Below, in pieces: positions 47,699-58,554 of a stretch of DNA of 64,000 bases. Within the stretch, counting starts at the first letter, position 1. Each line of letters starts with the position of its first letter. This DNA comes from Bdellovibrionota bacterium (GTDB taxonomy: Bacteria > Bdellovibrionota_C > UBA2361 > CALJRW01): assembly GCA_041740355.1 (NCBI GenBank), contig JBGSMD010000006.1:85663-149662 (forward strand), read 5' to 3'. The notes under the pieces were generated by a model. It made no database searches. It saw nothing but the letters and a program-made list of their open reading frames with translations, and had not been told where the DNA came from. The position numbers were made by a program, and so were the translations under genes.

Positions 47699-48883
47699 TT
47701 AATTTATTTTAAAGGAATCGAGAAGACCAAAACCTAATTGGTGAAGGCGAGCATCTGTCGATTCTAAAACTAAAAGGTCATGATTTAGAATAAACTGGGG
47801 ACGATGAAGTTTCTTGCTGAAAGCAGATTTTCCTTTCTGTACATTGGGGGTATATTTTTTGCGTGAATAATAGTGAGTTTTATTGTAAAAAAGGAAATCT
47901 ACCGCTCGAAAAGCTTCTACTTGATCGAATAAACTAAGCATACCAAAGCAATAACTTGTGCCGGCAAACAGCGCTTTAAGCCGCTCCTTCGGGGTATTTT
48001 TAACTATTAGTTTAAAATCAGGAACTGGCTCTAAGCTTGGGGTATAATCCCAAATATTTAAGAGATTAGCTAAGTCCAAATCTTCATCTTGAGGAGAAAC
48101 TAAACGATTATTAAGCTCACATTCGAATTGTGGTAAGTCAGCATTAGGGATTAAAGTTCTCAGGCGGTCGTTAACTAGTTTTGCGGAAAAACATTTGCCA
48201 TAATTATTAAGGTGGGCGCCAGATTTTACAAAGTATTGTATCTTGGGATTGAAGAAATCACTTACTACTAAATAATTAATCTTTTCCCGATCAAGATAAG
48301 GACGAAGTCTTGCAAGGTATCCAGGGCTAGGTTCGCCAACTTTCTGCGATTCTTTAACCCAGTTTGGATTTAGGCGAGCTTTATTAGGATGAATAACTAG
48401 TAAAAATGCTTTATCTTGTTGATTCATTCCTTCTTGAACATTTTTTATTAATTTGGCGTGTGCTTCAGGATCGGGAACCTTCGTAAGATACTTACCGTTA
48501 AAGTCATTCAAATAAATCTTATCAAATAAAGCTTTCTGCGCGCCAACAATTGTCCGAGAGCTGTAACGACTGCTCCCAATATCAAATAATTGATAATTAA
48601 TACTGTTACCTGTTTTAATCATCCAACCAAACAAACCATTGTTATGCATTAACCACTTTTCAAATTTTTGTTGAAATTCTGTGGTTAGTAATGACTGGAT
48701 TGATAGCACCGGGAACTTCTTTTGCATTGGTGTATCAACTAGGGAAATCTTAGGTAATACTTGGAGTGAATATTGAATTGCAGGAAAGACTAATAAGCCA
48801 AAGAAACAACAGCTTAATACTAATTGTTTGCTAGAATAATCTGCTGTCACTAACTCAAGTATTTTTTCTATTATTTTCTTCAT
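47699..48883 (-). CDS. AlgJ/AlgX-like SGNH O-acetyltransferase
   Basis: N-terminal TM, FQQKFEKWL, LVIHPNK, HLNNYG, GTSY; follows MBOAT gene; ATG 48883 preferred. Confidence 0.7.
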   Translation of the reverse strand: MKKIIEKILELVTADYSSKQLVLSCCFFGLLVFPAIQYSLQVLPKISLVDTPMQKKFPVLSIQSLLTTEFQQKFEKWLMHNNGLFGWMIKTGNSINYQLFDIGSSRYSSRTIVGAQKALFDKIYLNDFNGKYLTKVPDPEAHAKLIKNVQEGMNQQDKAFLLVIHPNKARLNPNWVKESQKVGEPSPGYLARLRPYLDREKINYLVVSDFFNPKIQYFVKSGAHLNNYGKCFSAKLVNDRLRTLIPNADLPQFECELNNRLVSPQDEDLDLANLLNIWDYTPSLEPVPDFKLIVKNTPKERLKALFAGTSYCFGMLSLFDQVEAFRAVDFLFYNKTHYYSRKKYTPNVQKGKSAFSKKLHRPQFILNHDLLVLESTDARLHQLGFGLLDSFKIN

Positions 48884-48887
48884 TAGC

Positions 48888-50309
48888 TTAGAATTGATAA
48901 TATAAAAATGGACTGTATCCAGACTCCACCAAGGAGAGCGTTGCAAGAATAAGAAGGGTTAATGACGCTATTCCCACCATTAGATTTTTCATTGGGAAAA
49001 TTGACCAGAATTTTTTAGCAAAGTTTAAAAAACCGTTAGCTGCCGGTAAGAAAGAGAAACATAAGCCAATTGCTAAGGCCCAGATTCCGCGGCTGTGGAT
49101 AATTTCAGAATTAGACTTGTTTGCCAGATAGAAATTTAATTCACTAAAATCAAATAAGTTTTGATAGTATGCACCAGCCATGGTAAAGTTTTCAGATCGA
49201 AATAATACCCAAGTCATTAGGACAATAATATAAGTGAGTGAGACATTAAAAATTTTTGGTAATTTGGCAGATATCTTTAACCAAGCAAGTCGATCAATAA
49301 TTAGGAAAATACCGTGAAGCAGTCCCCAACAAAGGAAAGTCCAACTAGCGCCATGCCATAAACCTGAAGCACAAAATACAATTACTAGATTAAGATAGAG
49401 CCTACTGGAATTTACTCGGTTGCCACCAAGTGGAATGTAAAGATACTCTCGCATCCAGTTGGTTAAGGAGATGTGCCAACGCTTCCAGAAGTCAGTCATT
49501 GACTGAGCACTGTAGGGAGAATTAAAGTTTTCGATAAACTTAAATCCAAACATTCTGGCCATGCCAATCGCCATGTCGGAGTATCCCGCAAAGTCAAAGT
49601 ATATTTGAATGGAATAGGCAATTATTCCTAGCCAGGCAAATGGGGTTGTTAGTTCACTAGAACTAATAGCAAAAATATTATCGGCAATCTTGCCAACTTC
49701 ATCGGCGATTAGAACCTTCTTAGCTAGTCCTAAGCAGAATCTTGTCCAACCCGCAAAGAAATCTCCGGATTTTTGAATTCGTGATTCAATCTGTTCGGCT
49801 AAATCATGATACTTTAGAATTGGTCCAGCAATTAAGTGTGGGAAGAGGGAAGTAAATAACAGGTAATTAGGAAAAGATTTAGCAACCCTAGCTGTCTTAC
49901 GATAAACATCAATTAAATAACTAATTTTCTCAAAAGTGAAAAAAGAAATACCAGCAGGAAGTGCGATATGTAGCCAGCCAATCGGACTAACTCCCACAGA
50001 TTCTAGTGAGAAATTAATTTGATCAACAAAAAAATTGGCGTATTTAAAATAGCAAAGGAGCAGTACATTAAATACAACACCAAAGGTGATAAATGCTTTG
50101 CGACCAGTTTGTTCGAAGCGACCAGAAAGCCAATAGTCTAGAAAAGATGAAGCTATTAGTATGAAGACAACTTCCGGAGATGCCCAGAAATAAAATAATA
50201 AGCTGAAAGCTAGTAATACTAGGTTGCGTTTGGCTTTAGGAAATATCCAATAACACAGGAGGCATAGTGGTAGAAATAGATAAATAAATGTGAAGGAACT
50301 AAAGACCAT
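48888..50309 (-). CDS. MBOAT O-acyltransferase (AlgI/DltB/PatA type)
   Basis: MVFSS..F..FLP, PAGISFFTF, QIYFDFAGYSDMAIG, ENFNSPY, FWKRWHISL, GLWHGA. Confidence 0.95.
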   Translation of the reverse strand: MVFSSFTFIYLFLPLCLLCYWIFPKAKRNLVLLAFSLLFYFWASPEVVFILIASSFLDYWLSGRFEQTGRKAFITFGVVFNVLLLCYFKYANFFVDQINFSLESVGVSPIGWLHIALPAGISFFTFEKISYLIDVYRKTARVAKSFPNYLLFTSLFPHLIAGPILKYHDLAEQIESRIQKSGDFFAGWTRFCLGLAKKVLIADEVGKIADNIFAISSSELTTPFAWLGIIAYSIQIYFDFAGYSDMAIGMARMFGFKFIENFNSPYSAQSMTDFWKRWHISLTNWMREYLYIPLGGNRVNSSRLYLNLVIVFCASGLWHGASWTFLCWGLLHGIFLIIDRLAWLKISAKLPKIFNVSLTYIIVLMTWVLFRSENFTMAGAYYQNLFDFSELNFYLANKSNSEIIHSRGIWALAIGLCFSFLPAANGFLNFAKKFWSIFPMKNLMVGIASLTLLILATLSLVESGYSPFLYYQF

Positions 50310-50629
50310 GGTAGTTTAATATAGGCTAACTTTTAGAGTCATTGCAAATTAACTTAATGCATAGGTCGTTTCTTTGATGTAGCTTTGGAGGTAGATTTTT
50401 ATGACTTCCCAACTTATATATACTAAAACCAATTATAAATTGAACTGACTGCTTGGAAAAATGCAAAATGGATTTTCATTTGTTAAGGTTTTAGTTTGTT
50501 TGTCATCCCCAGTATTTTCCTTATAATAAAAGAGAAATACCTAAGTGACCTCGATTGGGTCATTTAAGTACTACCTGCTTGATATAAGGCAAGATAACTT
50601 TAAATTTCATCTAGTATATAAATAGTAAC

Positions 50630-52120
50630 ATGTCGTTCAGAAAGTCTCCATTAAATTTATTCTTAATTACGTGTGGATGGATCATGTTTATGGGGATCTT
50701 TTTTAAAAATGCTTGGGTGACCGAGGATGCCTACATTAATTTTAGATCTATTGAACAACTTTATGCCGGAAATGGACCAAATTGGAATCCCGGCGAAAGG
50801 GTGCAGGTATTTACTAGTCCGTTGTGGTTCGGACTTTTAGCATTTGGTCGGCTTTTTAGTAGGGATCTTTTTTTAGTTTCGATCTTCACGAGCTTTCTCT
50901 GTTGTTTTACTTTATTATTATTAGTCCAGCGCTCTTTTTCTCCTCTAAAGTTTTTTATTTTTGTCCTGTTAATTACTTTATCCCAAGCAATCTCAGATTT
51001 CATGACAGGAGGACTTGAAAACTCACTATGTTATTTATTGATTACGATTTTTGGATTAGCGATAATTGGAAAGTTGCCTACTAACTATCTATTTCTATCA
51101 TTTAGTCTCGCGCTGATTACCAGACATGATTTGGCAATAATTTTGATTTTGCCACTAATTTATTATCTTTATTCTAGAAAAGTTATTTGGCGACTAAAAC
51201 TATTGAGTAGTCTAGTTCCTGTTTTTTTATGGTCATTTTTTTCATTATTTTATTATGGCAGCCTTTTCCCAAATAGTTATTACGCTAAACTTCCGGAGTC
51301 AATTAGTAGCTTAGGGAAAATAACTAATGCCGGACAATACTTTCATGCCAGCTTAGTTTTTGACACAATATCCATAGTATTAATATTCTTAGCTCCAATT
51401 CTATGTTTTCGCTTTAAAAACAAGAATTCTTTTCCACTATTACTTGGAGTCTTTGCCAATTTGATTTATTTATTTTCTATTGGTGGAGATTATATGTTGG
51501 GGAGATTTATCGCCAATTTAACTTTACTAGCAATAATAATTATTATTACCTGTGATTATTCTAAGCTTAGGATTTCAACATTTTATTTCTCCTTAACTAC
51601 TATCTTTATTATAGTATTCTCTTTTACGGACAATCCTTACAAGACAAGCCTGCAATATTCTAGCTATCGAGTGATGTATAATAAAATATCTGACGAACGG
51701 GGGATTTACTTCCCTCACTTATCTTTATCTAGCTATTTTACGACTATTCCTTTTCCCAACCATCCTTGGGCGATAGCTGGGCGAGAATTTGCGGCTAGTA
51801 GTGATCTGATAAAAGTAAGCAATGTTGTTGGAATGTTAGGATACTTTGCTAGACTTGATCAAGTGATCATCGACCCCTTAGCAATTACTAGTCCCTTTCT
51901 TGCCCGCTTACCTAGTAGTGGATCAAACTTTACTCCGGGACATTATCCTAGAAATCTTCCTGACGGTTACATTGAGTCCTTTCAACTTGACTTACCTAGA
52001 ATGAAAGATTCCCAATTAAATGAACTATATCAAAAAGTTTCCTTGATAACTAGAAAGCCTTTACTTGAAAAAGATCGAATCAAGACGATCATTAAAGTAA
52101 ATTTGTTTGGCTATAATTAA
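50630..52120 (+). CDS. GT-C glycosyltransferase, AftB-like N-terminus
   Basis: WVTEDAYINFRS...GNGPNWNPGERVQVFTSPLW; GLE; RHD; YYG.LFPNSYYAK; GGDYM.GRF; PGHYPR. Confidence 0.78.
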   Translation: MSFRKSPLNLFLITCGWIMFMGIFFKNAWVTEDAYINFRSIEQLYAGNGPNWNPGERVQVFTSPLWFGLLAFGRLFSRDLFLVSIFTSFLCCFTLLLLVQRSFSPLKFFIFVLLITLSQAISDFMTGGLENSLCYLLITIFGLAIIGKLPTNYLFLSFSLALITRHDLAIILILPLIYYLYSRKVIWRLKLLSSLVPVFLWSFFSLFYYGSLFPNSYYAKLPESISSLGKITNAGQYFHASLVFDTISIVLIFLAPILCFRFKNKNSFPLLLGVFANLIYLFSIGGDYMLGRFIANLTLLAIIIIITCDYSKLRISTFYFSLTTIFIIVFSFTDNPYKTSLQYSSYRVMYNKISDERGIYFPHLSLSSYFTTIPFPNHPWAIAGREFAASSDLIKVSNVVGMLGYFARLDQVIIDPLAITSPFLARLPSSGSNFTPGHYPRNLPDGYIESFQLDLPRMKDSQLNELYQKVSLITRKPLLEKDRIKTIIKVNLFGYN

Positions 52121-52138
52121 AACTTCAAAGCAATGTAA

Positions 52139-53560
52139 TTAGAAATTACTCTTAATCTTAAATTCACCTTCATCGACGGAAAGTAGTTTTAACTCATCGT
52201 TTATAGAAGTCTCTAGTACTACCTCACGTCCCCAAAGATTAGCAACACTGCGAAGAGATTTTTCCGCATCAGCTAGCTTTAAGTCGCGACCATCATGGTA
52301 ATGCTTGAGATAAAGAGTTTTTTTACGACCAAAATCAGCATCCATAATCTTAATTACTGGCAGGGAATTAGTACCAGTGTGATGAATTAAGGTTTGTTTA
52401 ACATCATGCCAGTGTTGTTGATCAGAGACCTTAGTAATTACTCGCTCATCGCCTTTTTGTTCATGCTGGAAAATATCCATCGAACGCATAATATCTTCGG
52501 TTAAGAATCTTCGTAGGAAGGAGATGTCACGGTCAGTTTCTCTAACCTCAAAAATCTTTTTACGACCCGGAGTTTGGTTTTGTTCAGCAATCGACATCCG
52601 GGCAACTTCCTCCATACTTAAGTTTGCTTCTTGCAGATTCCAACGAGCTTCCAAATCATTCCAAATCACAAAGCCTAAGTGATAAGGATTTAGGTTACCT
52701 TCATGAGGGCGAATCACCTGACTATGATTAACTAGAAATTCTAAATGTAAACTTTGATTTAATTGTAGTGAGTTCATTAGAGTATAGTGCCAGTAGCTAG
52801 CCCAGCCTTCATTCATAATTTTAGTTTCAATTTGGGGAATGAAATATTTGCTCTCGGCATCAACAATCATCAACAAATCTCTCTGCCATTCATCTAGGTA
52901 AGTTCCATGTTCAGCTATGAATAATAAAATATCCTCATCTTCTAAAAGGGAAGGACTTACTGTTTGTGAGGCTGATTGATTTTTAAGATCAAAGTATTCT
53001 GAATTTGGGTTTGGCTGATTAGTTGGTAAGGGACCTTTTTGAATGATAAAATTTTTTGACCTTTGAAGTGAAAGGGCATGAGCATTGTCCAAAATAGCTT
53101 CTACTTGATCTACGCCAATGGAAGGATCTTGCAGATAGGTATCTACGCGTCGGGCATGGCTCTTAAACATTTCCAGTGTGTACTTGGCATCGAGCGATGT
53201 TCTAAAGTAAAAGTTATTGGCAAAAAAATCATTGTGTCCGTAAACGTGGGCAATTGTTAGAATCTGAAGACAGAGGCTGTTATCACGCATTAGATAGGCC
53301 AAGCAGGGGTTGGAATTAATTACCATTTCATATGGCAATCCACTGACTCCCAAGTCATAAAGAGTCTTTTGTTTCTCAAAAGATTTACCGTAAGACCAGT
53401 GGGAATAGTGCGAAGGCATCCCAGAGTATGCCATATAAGATAACATTTCTTCGTGATCGCAAATTTCAAATTCTTGAGGGTAACAAGTCAGGCCGTACTG
53501 ATCGACAAGTTTTTTTATCTTTTCATCCCAGTCCTCTAGTAGGTTTAAGTTAATCGGCAT
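52139..53560 (-). CDS. spoVR: SpoVR/YcgB family protein
   Basis: GMPSHYSHWSYGK, YEMVINSNPC, HVYGHNDFF, PQIETKIMNEGWASYWH. Confidence 0.95.
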   Translation of the reverse strand: MPINLNLLEDWDEKIKKLVDQYGLTCYPQEFEICDHEEMLSYMAYSGMPSHYSHWSYGKSFEKQKTLYDLGVSGLPYEMVINSNPCLAYLMRDNSLCLQILTIAHVYGHNDFFANNFYFRTSLDAKYTLEMFKSHARRVDTYLQDPSIGVDQVEAILDNAHALSLQRSKNFIIQKGPLPTNQPNPNSEYFDLKNQSASQTVSPSLLEDEDILLFIAEHGTYLDEWQRDLLMIVDAESKYFIPQIETKIMNEGWASYWHYTLMNSLQLNQSLHLEFLVNHSQVIRPHEGNLNPYHLGFVIWNDLEARWNLQEANLSMEEVARMSIAEQNQTPGRKKIFEVRETDRDISFLRRFLTEDIMRSMDIFQHEQKGDERVITKVSDQQHWHDVKQTLIHHTGTNSLPVIKIMDADFGRKKTLYLKHYHDGRDLKLADAEKSLRSVANLWGREVVLETSINDELKLLSVDEGEFKIKSNF

Positions 53561-54728
53561 CGTCCTTATCCTTACTTAAAAAATCTCGAAATGCCTCCCA
53601 GAGGGTTTCCTTGCTTGTAATGTTTACGCGTTGAAAGTTTTTAGCAGTTACTTTTTTAAAGACATCCATCATTGTCCCGCTATAGTACGTTCCTCCATCT
53701 GGTTTGATTTCACCGTATCCAAAAAGATTACAGATATCACATAATTCTTCTGCTGCTTGAAGGGCTTGATCATTATCAGAATAAAAATTATCGCCATCAG
53801 AGCAGTGAAAAGCGTAAATGTTCCAATGTTCAGGGTGGTAACGATTTTTTATTATCTCTAGGGTCTTAATGTAACCAGAGGAAATGTATGTTCCTCCTGA
53901 TTCAACTTTATGAAAAAAATCTTCTTCGGAGACCTCCTTCGCTTCGGTATGGTGGGCAACAAAAACTAGTTCTACATTTTGATATTTTTGCCTGACAAAG
54001 TGATAAAGTAGAAAATAAAAACTTCGTGCTAAGTATTTTTTAACCGTACCCATGGAGCCCGATGTATCCATAATACAAAAAATTACAGCATTAGAAGATT
54101 CTTTTTCGGTAGGTGAAATATAGAAATAACGCAGATCGTCTTGATGGAAAGGGAAGGACTCTTCTTTCTCTTCGGGAGTTTGATTAGTAAAAGATAGCTT
54201 GCGACGAATTCTATTTTTGGCCGACTCTAGTTTATTAAGACGGGGACGAATTCCTTTTTTGCGCATCCCTTTTCGTTTGCGACCATCTTGGGTTAGGACT
54301 GATTTGTAAGCTTTGCGAGCTAAATCCGGTAGTTCCAAGTCTTCAAACATGATTTCAATTAATTCTTCTATGGTAACCTCCGTTTCAATAGCGTCCACGC
54401 CTGCTTGATTTCCGCCTTGTCCCTCGCCAGAGCCAGGCTGCTTGTTTTTTCCAAGACTATCACCTTCTTTGGCATCTCCATTGCCTTGTCCTGCGCCCGG
54501 AGTATTATCTCCAAAGATAAAGCGATGTTCTTTAATGGAACGTATAGGAACTTTAATCACCTTATTGCCGTTTGTGCCAATAATTGATTCTTCGGCTACT
54601 AGATCGGCAATGTTTTTTCGAATGGAATCCTTTACTTTATGCTTATGTCTAGAACGATCACGCGCCGATCTGTCTGAACGTTGACTGGGATTGGTGTAAG
54701 GTCGAAATAGGGCCATAAGTAAATTCAA
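53550..54728 (-). CDS. yeaH: YeaH/YhbH (DUF444, vWA-like) protein
   Basis: DLELPDL, AVIFCIMDTSGSM, ESGGT, SDGDN; start may be 54716. Confidence 0.93.
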   Translation of the reverse strand: MNLLMALFRPYTNPSQRSDRSARDRSRHKHKVKDSIRKNIADLVAEESIIGTNGNKVIKVPIRSIKEHRFIFGDNTPGAGQGNGDAKEGDSLGKNKQPGSGEGQGGNQAGVDAIETEVTIEELIEIMFEDLELPDLARKAYKSVLTQDGRKRKGMRKKGIRPRLNKLESAKNRIRRKLSFTNQTPEEKEESFPFHQDDLRYFYISPTEKESSNAVIFCIMDTSGSMGTVKKYLARSFYFLLYHFVRQKYQNVELVFVAHHTEAKEVSEEDFFHKVESGGTYISSGYIKTLEIIKNRYHPEHWNIYAFHCSDGDNFYSDNDQALQAAEELCDICNLFGYGEIKPDGGTYYSGTMMDVFKKVTAKNFQRVNITSKETLWEAFRDFLSKDKDDAD

Positions 54729-54815
54729 AAATCCTTACTGCAATAACAACTTAGTTTGTCTTTTAACTGACCATTTATATCGATGAAGACTTTAAAAAAA
54801 CATTAATTTAACTTA

Positions 54816-56741
54816 CTAGTCTTTCCATAAATTATTGGCAGCATACTTCAAGATGGTATCAATACAATTCTCTGGGTAGCCAATTCTCATAAGCTCCTCG
54901 ACCATACGTCCATACTTTTCTTGCTGATCATCATCGCGAGTCCTAGACTTCGTGATAATTCTGGAAACATCTCGTACACTACTCATTAATTTTTTCTCAA
55001 TCGCTTCTTTTAAGGGTTCGTAGCTTTGGTAAGAAACTTTTTCACCTTTACGACCCACTGACCAAAGGTAGGCAATCACTTCTTGTCTAAATCCATCACT
55101 GGCTGTGCCCACAATGGCAATTTGTTCCTCAATGGATTTTAGGAAAGCATCGTCCGGAGCTAGCTCTTCTCCGGTATTTTTATCTTTTAATTTCTTCTTG
55201 TTCACATAAGCTTCGGCATGATCCAAATAGTTCTGGAAGAGTCCCTCGGCTTGTTCTTGATAAGAATAAACAAATGCTTTGGTAATTTCTTTTTCTAAAA
55301 TCTGCAGGTACTCTTTGTGTAGGGTGTCCTGTAAGAATTCTAAATATTTTTTTCGAATCTCATCGGACATGTCTGTTTCTTTAAGCATTTGAATTAATGC
55401 TTCCCGCACGCTTAGTGGGTGAATACAGTTGTCTTTAATATTATCAGAAAGTGCGTTATCTAAAGCTTTCATAATAAATCGAGTGGAGATTCCATCCATC
55501 CCTTCATCGCGGGCCTCTTCTTTTAATTCTTGAACATTAATCTTTTTTGTTCGACCTTTCTCTACAACCTCTTCACCATTGTAAAGTTTCAACTTAGTTA
55601 ATAAGTCGCACTTATTGGTTGGTTCTAGGCGAGTAAGAATTGCAAACATCGAAGCAATTTCAATCGTATGCGGGGCAACTTGAGTTTTAAAGTTCGATTT
55701 ACTAATGATTTTATTATAAATCTTTACTTCCTCAGATAATCTTAGGTTGTAAGGAACTTTGACTGTGACAATTCGATCTAAGATCGCTTCATTAGTGTGA
55801 TCGCTCTTAAATTTCTTCCACTCAGCTTCGTTAGAATGTGCCACAATACAAGTATCAACATATATCATCCCATGACGCCCAGGTGCCGGAATGTGTTTTT
55901 CTTGCGTGGCTGTGATCATCGCATGCAAGTACTCAGTCTCATTTTTAAAGACCTCAATAAACTCAACCATCCCACGGTTACCAACGTTCAGTGCTCCTGA
56001 TAAATCTAAGACTCGTGGATCTCCCTCGGAATATTTATCCAGTTTAGAAATATCTTCACCACCAATTAGCACGCTGGTATCTTGGTTATTTGGATCTACA
56101 GGTGGCACTACTCCGATCCCACGCTTGCTTCTAATGCTGTAAGAGAAAGTTTTAACAGGAACATCTTCCCATTTATCATCGTACTCAGTTCTTAGGTGGT
56201 AACGACAAACTGGACAAAGGTCACCTTCGATGTTGACACCCAACATTTTGCTAAATTCTTTACGCAGGTGACGAGGAATTAAATGTAGGGGCTCTTCAAA
56301 CATTGGGCAATTTGCAATGGCGTAGAAAGGTGGAAGTTGTTCCAGACTTTGCTTTAAGCGTTCAACTAGCGAGCTTTTGCCAGATCCTACAGGACCTACT
56401 AGGTAAAGTACTTGGCGACTTTCTTCACCGCGGAGCGCAGCGGAGTGGAAGTAGCGCACAATCTGATTTAGGGTTTTGTCCATTCCATAGAATTCATCAA
56501 AGAATTCAAAAGTTTTAAGTGTATTACCTTTGAATAGTCGACGAAGGCGGGGGTGGTCATCAAGTAAAATTTCATCAACTCCATTACTAATTATGGATTG
56601 ATACATACGTTCGTGGGCTAATTTATAGATACTAGGATCTTTTTTGATCAGTTCCAGATATTCAAGGCAAGTACCGGACCAGGAGTATTTTTCATGGGTT
56701 TCACGGTCTTTAGCAATCAGTTTCTTGAATTCTTCCACCAT
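54816..56741 (-). CDS. prkA: PrkA/YeaG serine protein kinase (AAA+)
   Basis: GPVGSGKSS, GNRGMVEFIE, AHSNEAE, GMDGISTRF. Confidence 0.95.
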   Translation of the reverse strand: MVEEFKKLIAKDRETHEKYSWSGTCLEYLELIKKDPSIYKLAHERMYQSIISNGVDEILLDDHPRLRRLFKGNTLKTFEFFDEFYGMDKTLNQIVRYFHSAALRGEESRQVLYLVGPVGSGKSSLVERLKQSLEQLPPFYAIANCPMFEEPLHLIPRHLRKEFSKMLGVNIEGDLCPVCRYHLRTEYDDKWEDVPVKTFSYSIRSKRGIGVVPPVDPNNQDTSVLIGGEDISKLDKYSEGDPRVLDLSGALNVGNRGMVEFIEVFKNETEYLHAMITATQEKHIPAPGRHGMIYVDTCIVAHSNEAEWKKFKSDHTNEAILDRIVTVKVPYNLRLSEEVKIYNKIISKSNFKTQVAPHTIEIASMFAILTRLEPTNKCDLLTKLKLYNGEEVVEKGRTKKINVQELKEEARDEGMDGISTRFIMKALDNALSDNIKDNCIHPLSVREALIQMLKETDMSDEIRKKYLEFLQDTLHKEYLQILEKEITKAFVYSYQEQAEGLFQNYLDHAEAYVNKKKLKDKNTGEELAPDDAFLKSIEEQIAIVGTASDGFRQEVIAYLWSVGRKGEKVSYQSYEPLKEAIEKKLMSSVRDVSRIITKSRTRDDDQQEKYGRMVEELMRIGYPENCIDTILKYAANNLWKD

Positions 56742-57152
56742 AAAGTCTCCTTAATGTCTGAGTAGTCGTCTGATACTGCTAAATACTTAATAGTCGGTGC
56801 TATTATGTAATTATATCAATTGTAACTGTTTGGATATCGTGGCGCAATGATATGATTCAGCCTGTTCTGTAAAAAGTAACAATATTTTGCTGTATCCGTT
56901 CACAGGGAAGAGGTAGGTGTTGTGCAAGTTCTGCAAAATAGCAAAGATCTAAGTATTTTATAGGTCAAAATCTGAACGATTTTGTCCAGTGGTGTGAACG
57001 GCTGGTTTTGCCACCCCCAATTTACTTCGTAAATTGACCCCTTAAATGGGATTTGATCCATTATGATTTTTGCAAGCCCTTGCGTAGGGTCACTTTTGCT
57101 GAATTAATGAAAATTTACTATAATTAATCTAACCCAAATTTGAGAAAACGGA

Positions 57153-58523
57153 ATGTTTGATAAGTTTAAAGAAGAATGTGGACTAATGGCGCTTTGGAAT
57201 ATACCTGAGGCTGCAAACCTAGCATATCTTGGACTTTATGCTCAGCAACATCGGGGGCAAGAAGGGGCAGGAGTTGTTTCTTTAGACCCTGAAACTGCTA
57301 AGTTTTGCTTACACCGTGGACTTGGATTAGTAAATGAAGTCTTTGCTAATTATGACTTCTCTCAATTAGTTGGTAATGCCGCTATTGGGCATGTTCGTTA
57401 CACTACCGCCGGTGGAAATCAATTAACAAATGTTCAACCGTTTTTCTCCGAAGTCTCCACGGGGAACGTTGCTATTGCTCACAATGGAAACCTAGTTAAT
57501 GCCGAAGCACTTAAGAAGAATTTGATTGCGGAAGGTTCAATTTTTCATACAACATCTGATACAGAAGTAATCCTGCACTTAATTGCCCAAGGCAAAAATA
57601 AAACTGCCCGTAGGGAATTAATCTTTAATGCCATTAAAGAAATTAAAGGTGCTTATTCTCTTGTTATTCTTTTTGATGACTCTTTGTTTCTAATCCGCGA
57701 TCCCAACGGATTCCGCCCACTGTCGATTGCTAAGTTAGGTGATGGCTACGTAGCAGCTTCCGAAACTTGTGCCTTTGATTTAATTGGGGCTGAGTTTTTA
57801 AGAGATGTAGAAGTTGGGGAAGTTGTTGAGATTAATCGACATGGTGTGATGACTTCCCATTTTCCTTTTGGAAAAACCAAGCAGTCACCATGTATTTTTG
57901 AATATGTTTACTTTGCTAGACCAGATTCTCAAGTCTATGGAAAAAATGTTTATGGACGTCGAAAAGCAATGGGGCGCAAGCTGGCACAAGAGCATCCGGT
58001 TGAAGCTGATGTAGTAATCGCAGTTCCCGATTCAGGAGTGCCTGCCGCTATGGGTTATGCCGAAGAATCAAAAATTCCATTTGAATTAGGCTTGATTCGT
58101 AATCATTACATCGGACGAACCTTTATTGAACCACAACAAGCTATTCGCGATTTTGGTGTTAAGATTAAATTAAACTCCAATCGCGATTGTTTAGAGGGTA
58201 AAAGAGTAATCGTTGTTGATGACTCGATTGTTCGTGGAACAACAAGTCGTAAGCTAGTTAAGATGCTACGGGATGCTGGTGCTAAAGAAGTTCATTTGCG
58301 TATCTCTGCACCACCAACAACAGATCCTTGTTACTACGGAATTGATACGCCAGAAAAATCTCAGTTAATTGCTTCTCATAATAACATTGAACAAATCCGT
58401 CAGTACTTAGATGTTGATAGTTTGGGATACCTTAGCCAATCAGGATTATATGCTTCAGTAGAAGCGGAAGAGGGGACTTTTTGTGATGCTTGTTTCTCGG
58501 GAAATTATCCGATTAAGCCGTAG
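57153..58523 (+). CDS. purF: Amidophosphoribosyltransferase
   Basis: Propeptide then EECG, QHRGQE, GHVRY, HNGN, VVDDSIVRGTT, CYYGID, CDACF. Confidence 0.97.
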   Translation: MFDKFKEECGLMALWNIPEAANLAYLGLYAQQHRGQEGAGVVSLDPETAKFCLHRGLGLVNEVFANYDFSQLVGNAAIGHVRYTTAGGNQLTNVQPFFSEVSTGNVAIAHNGNLVNAEALKKNLIAEGSIFHTTSDTEVILHLIAQGKNKTARRELIFNAIKEIKGAYSLVILFDDSLFLIRDPNGFRPLSIAKLGDGYVAASETCAFDLIGAEFLRDVEVGEVVEINRHGVMTSHFPFGKTKQSPCIFEYVYFARPDSQVYGKNVYGRRKAMGRKLAQEHPVEADVVIAVPDSGVPAAMGYAEESKIPFELGLIRNHYIGRTFIEPQQAIRDFGVKIKLNSNRDCLEGKRVIVVDDSIVRGTTSRKLVKMLRDAGAKEVHLRISAPPTTDPCYYGIDTPEKSQLIASHNNIEQIRQYLDVDSLGYLSQSGLYASVEAEEGTFCDACFSGNYPIKP

Positions 58524-58554
58524 TTTGTTCAAAGATTGCTTCAAAATTGAATGT

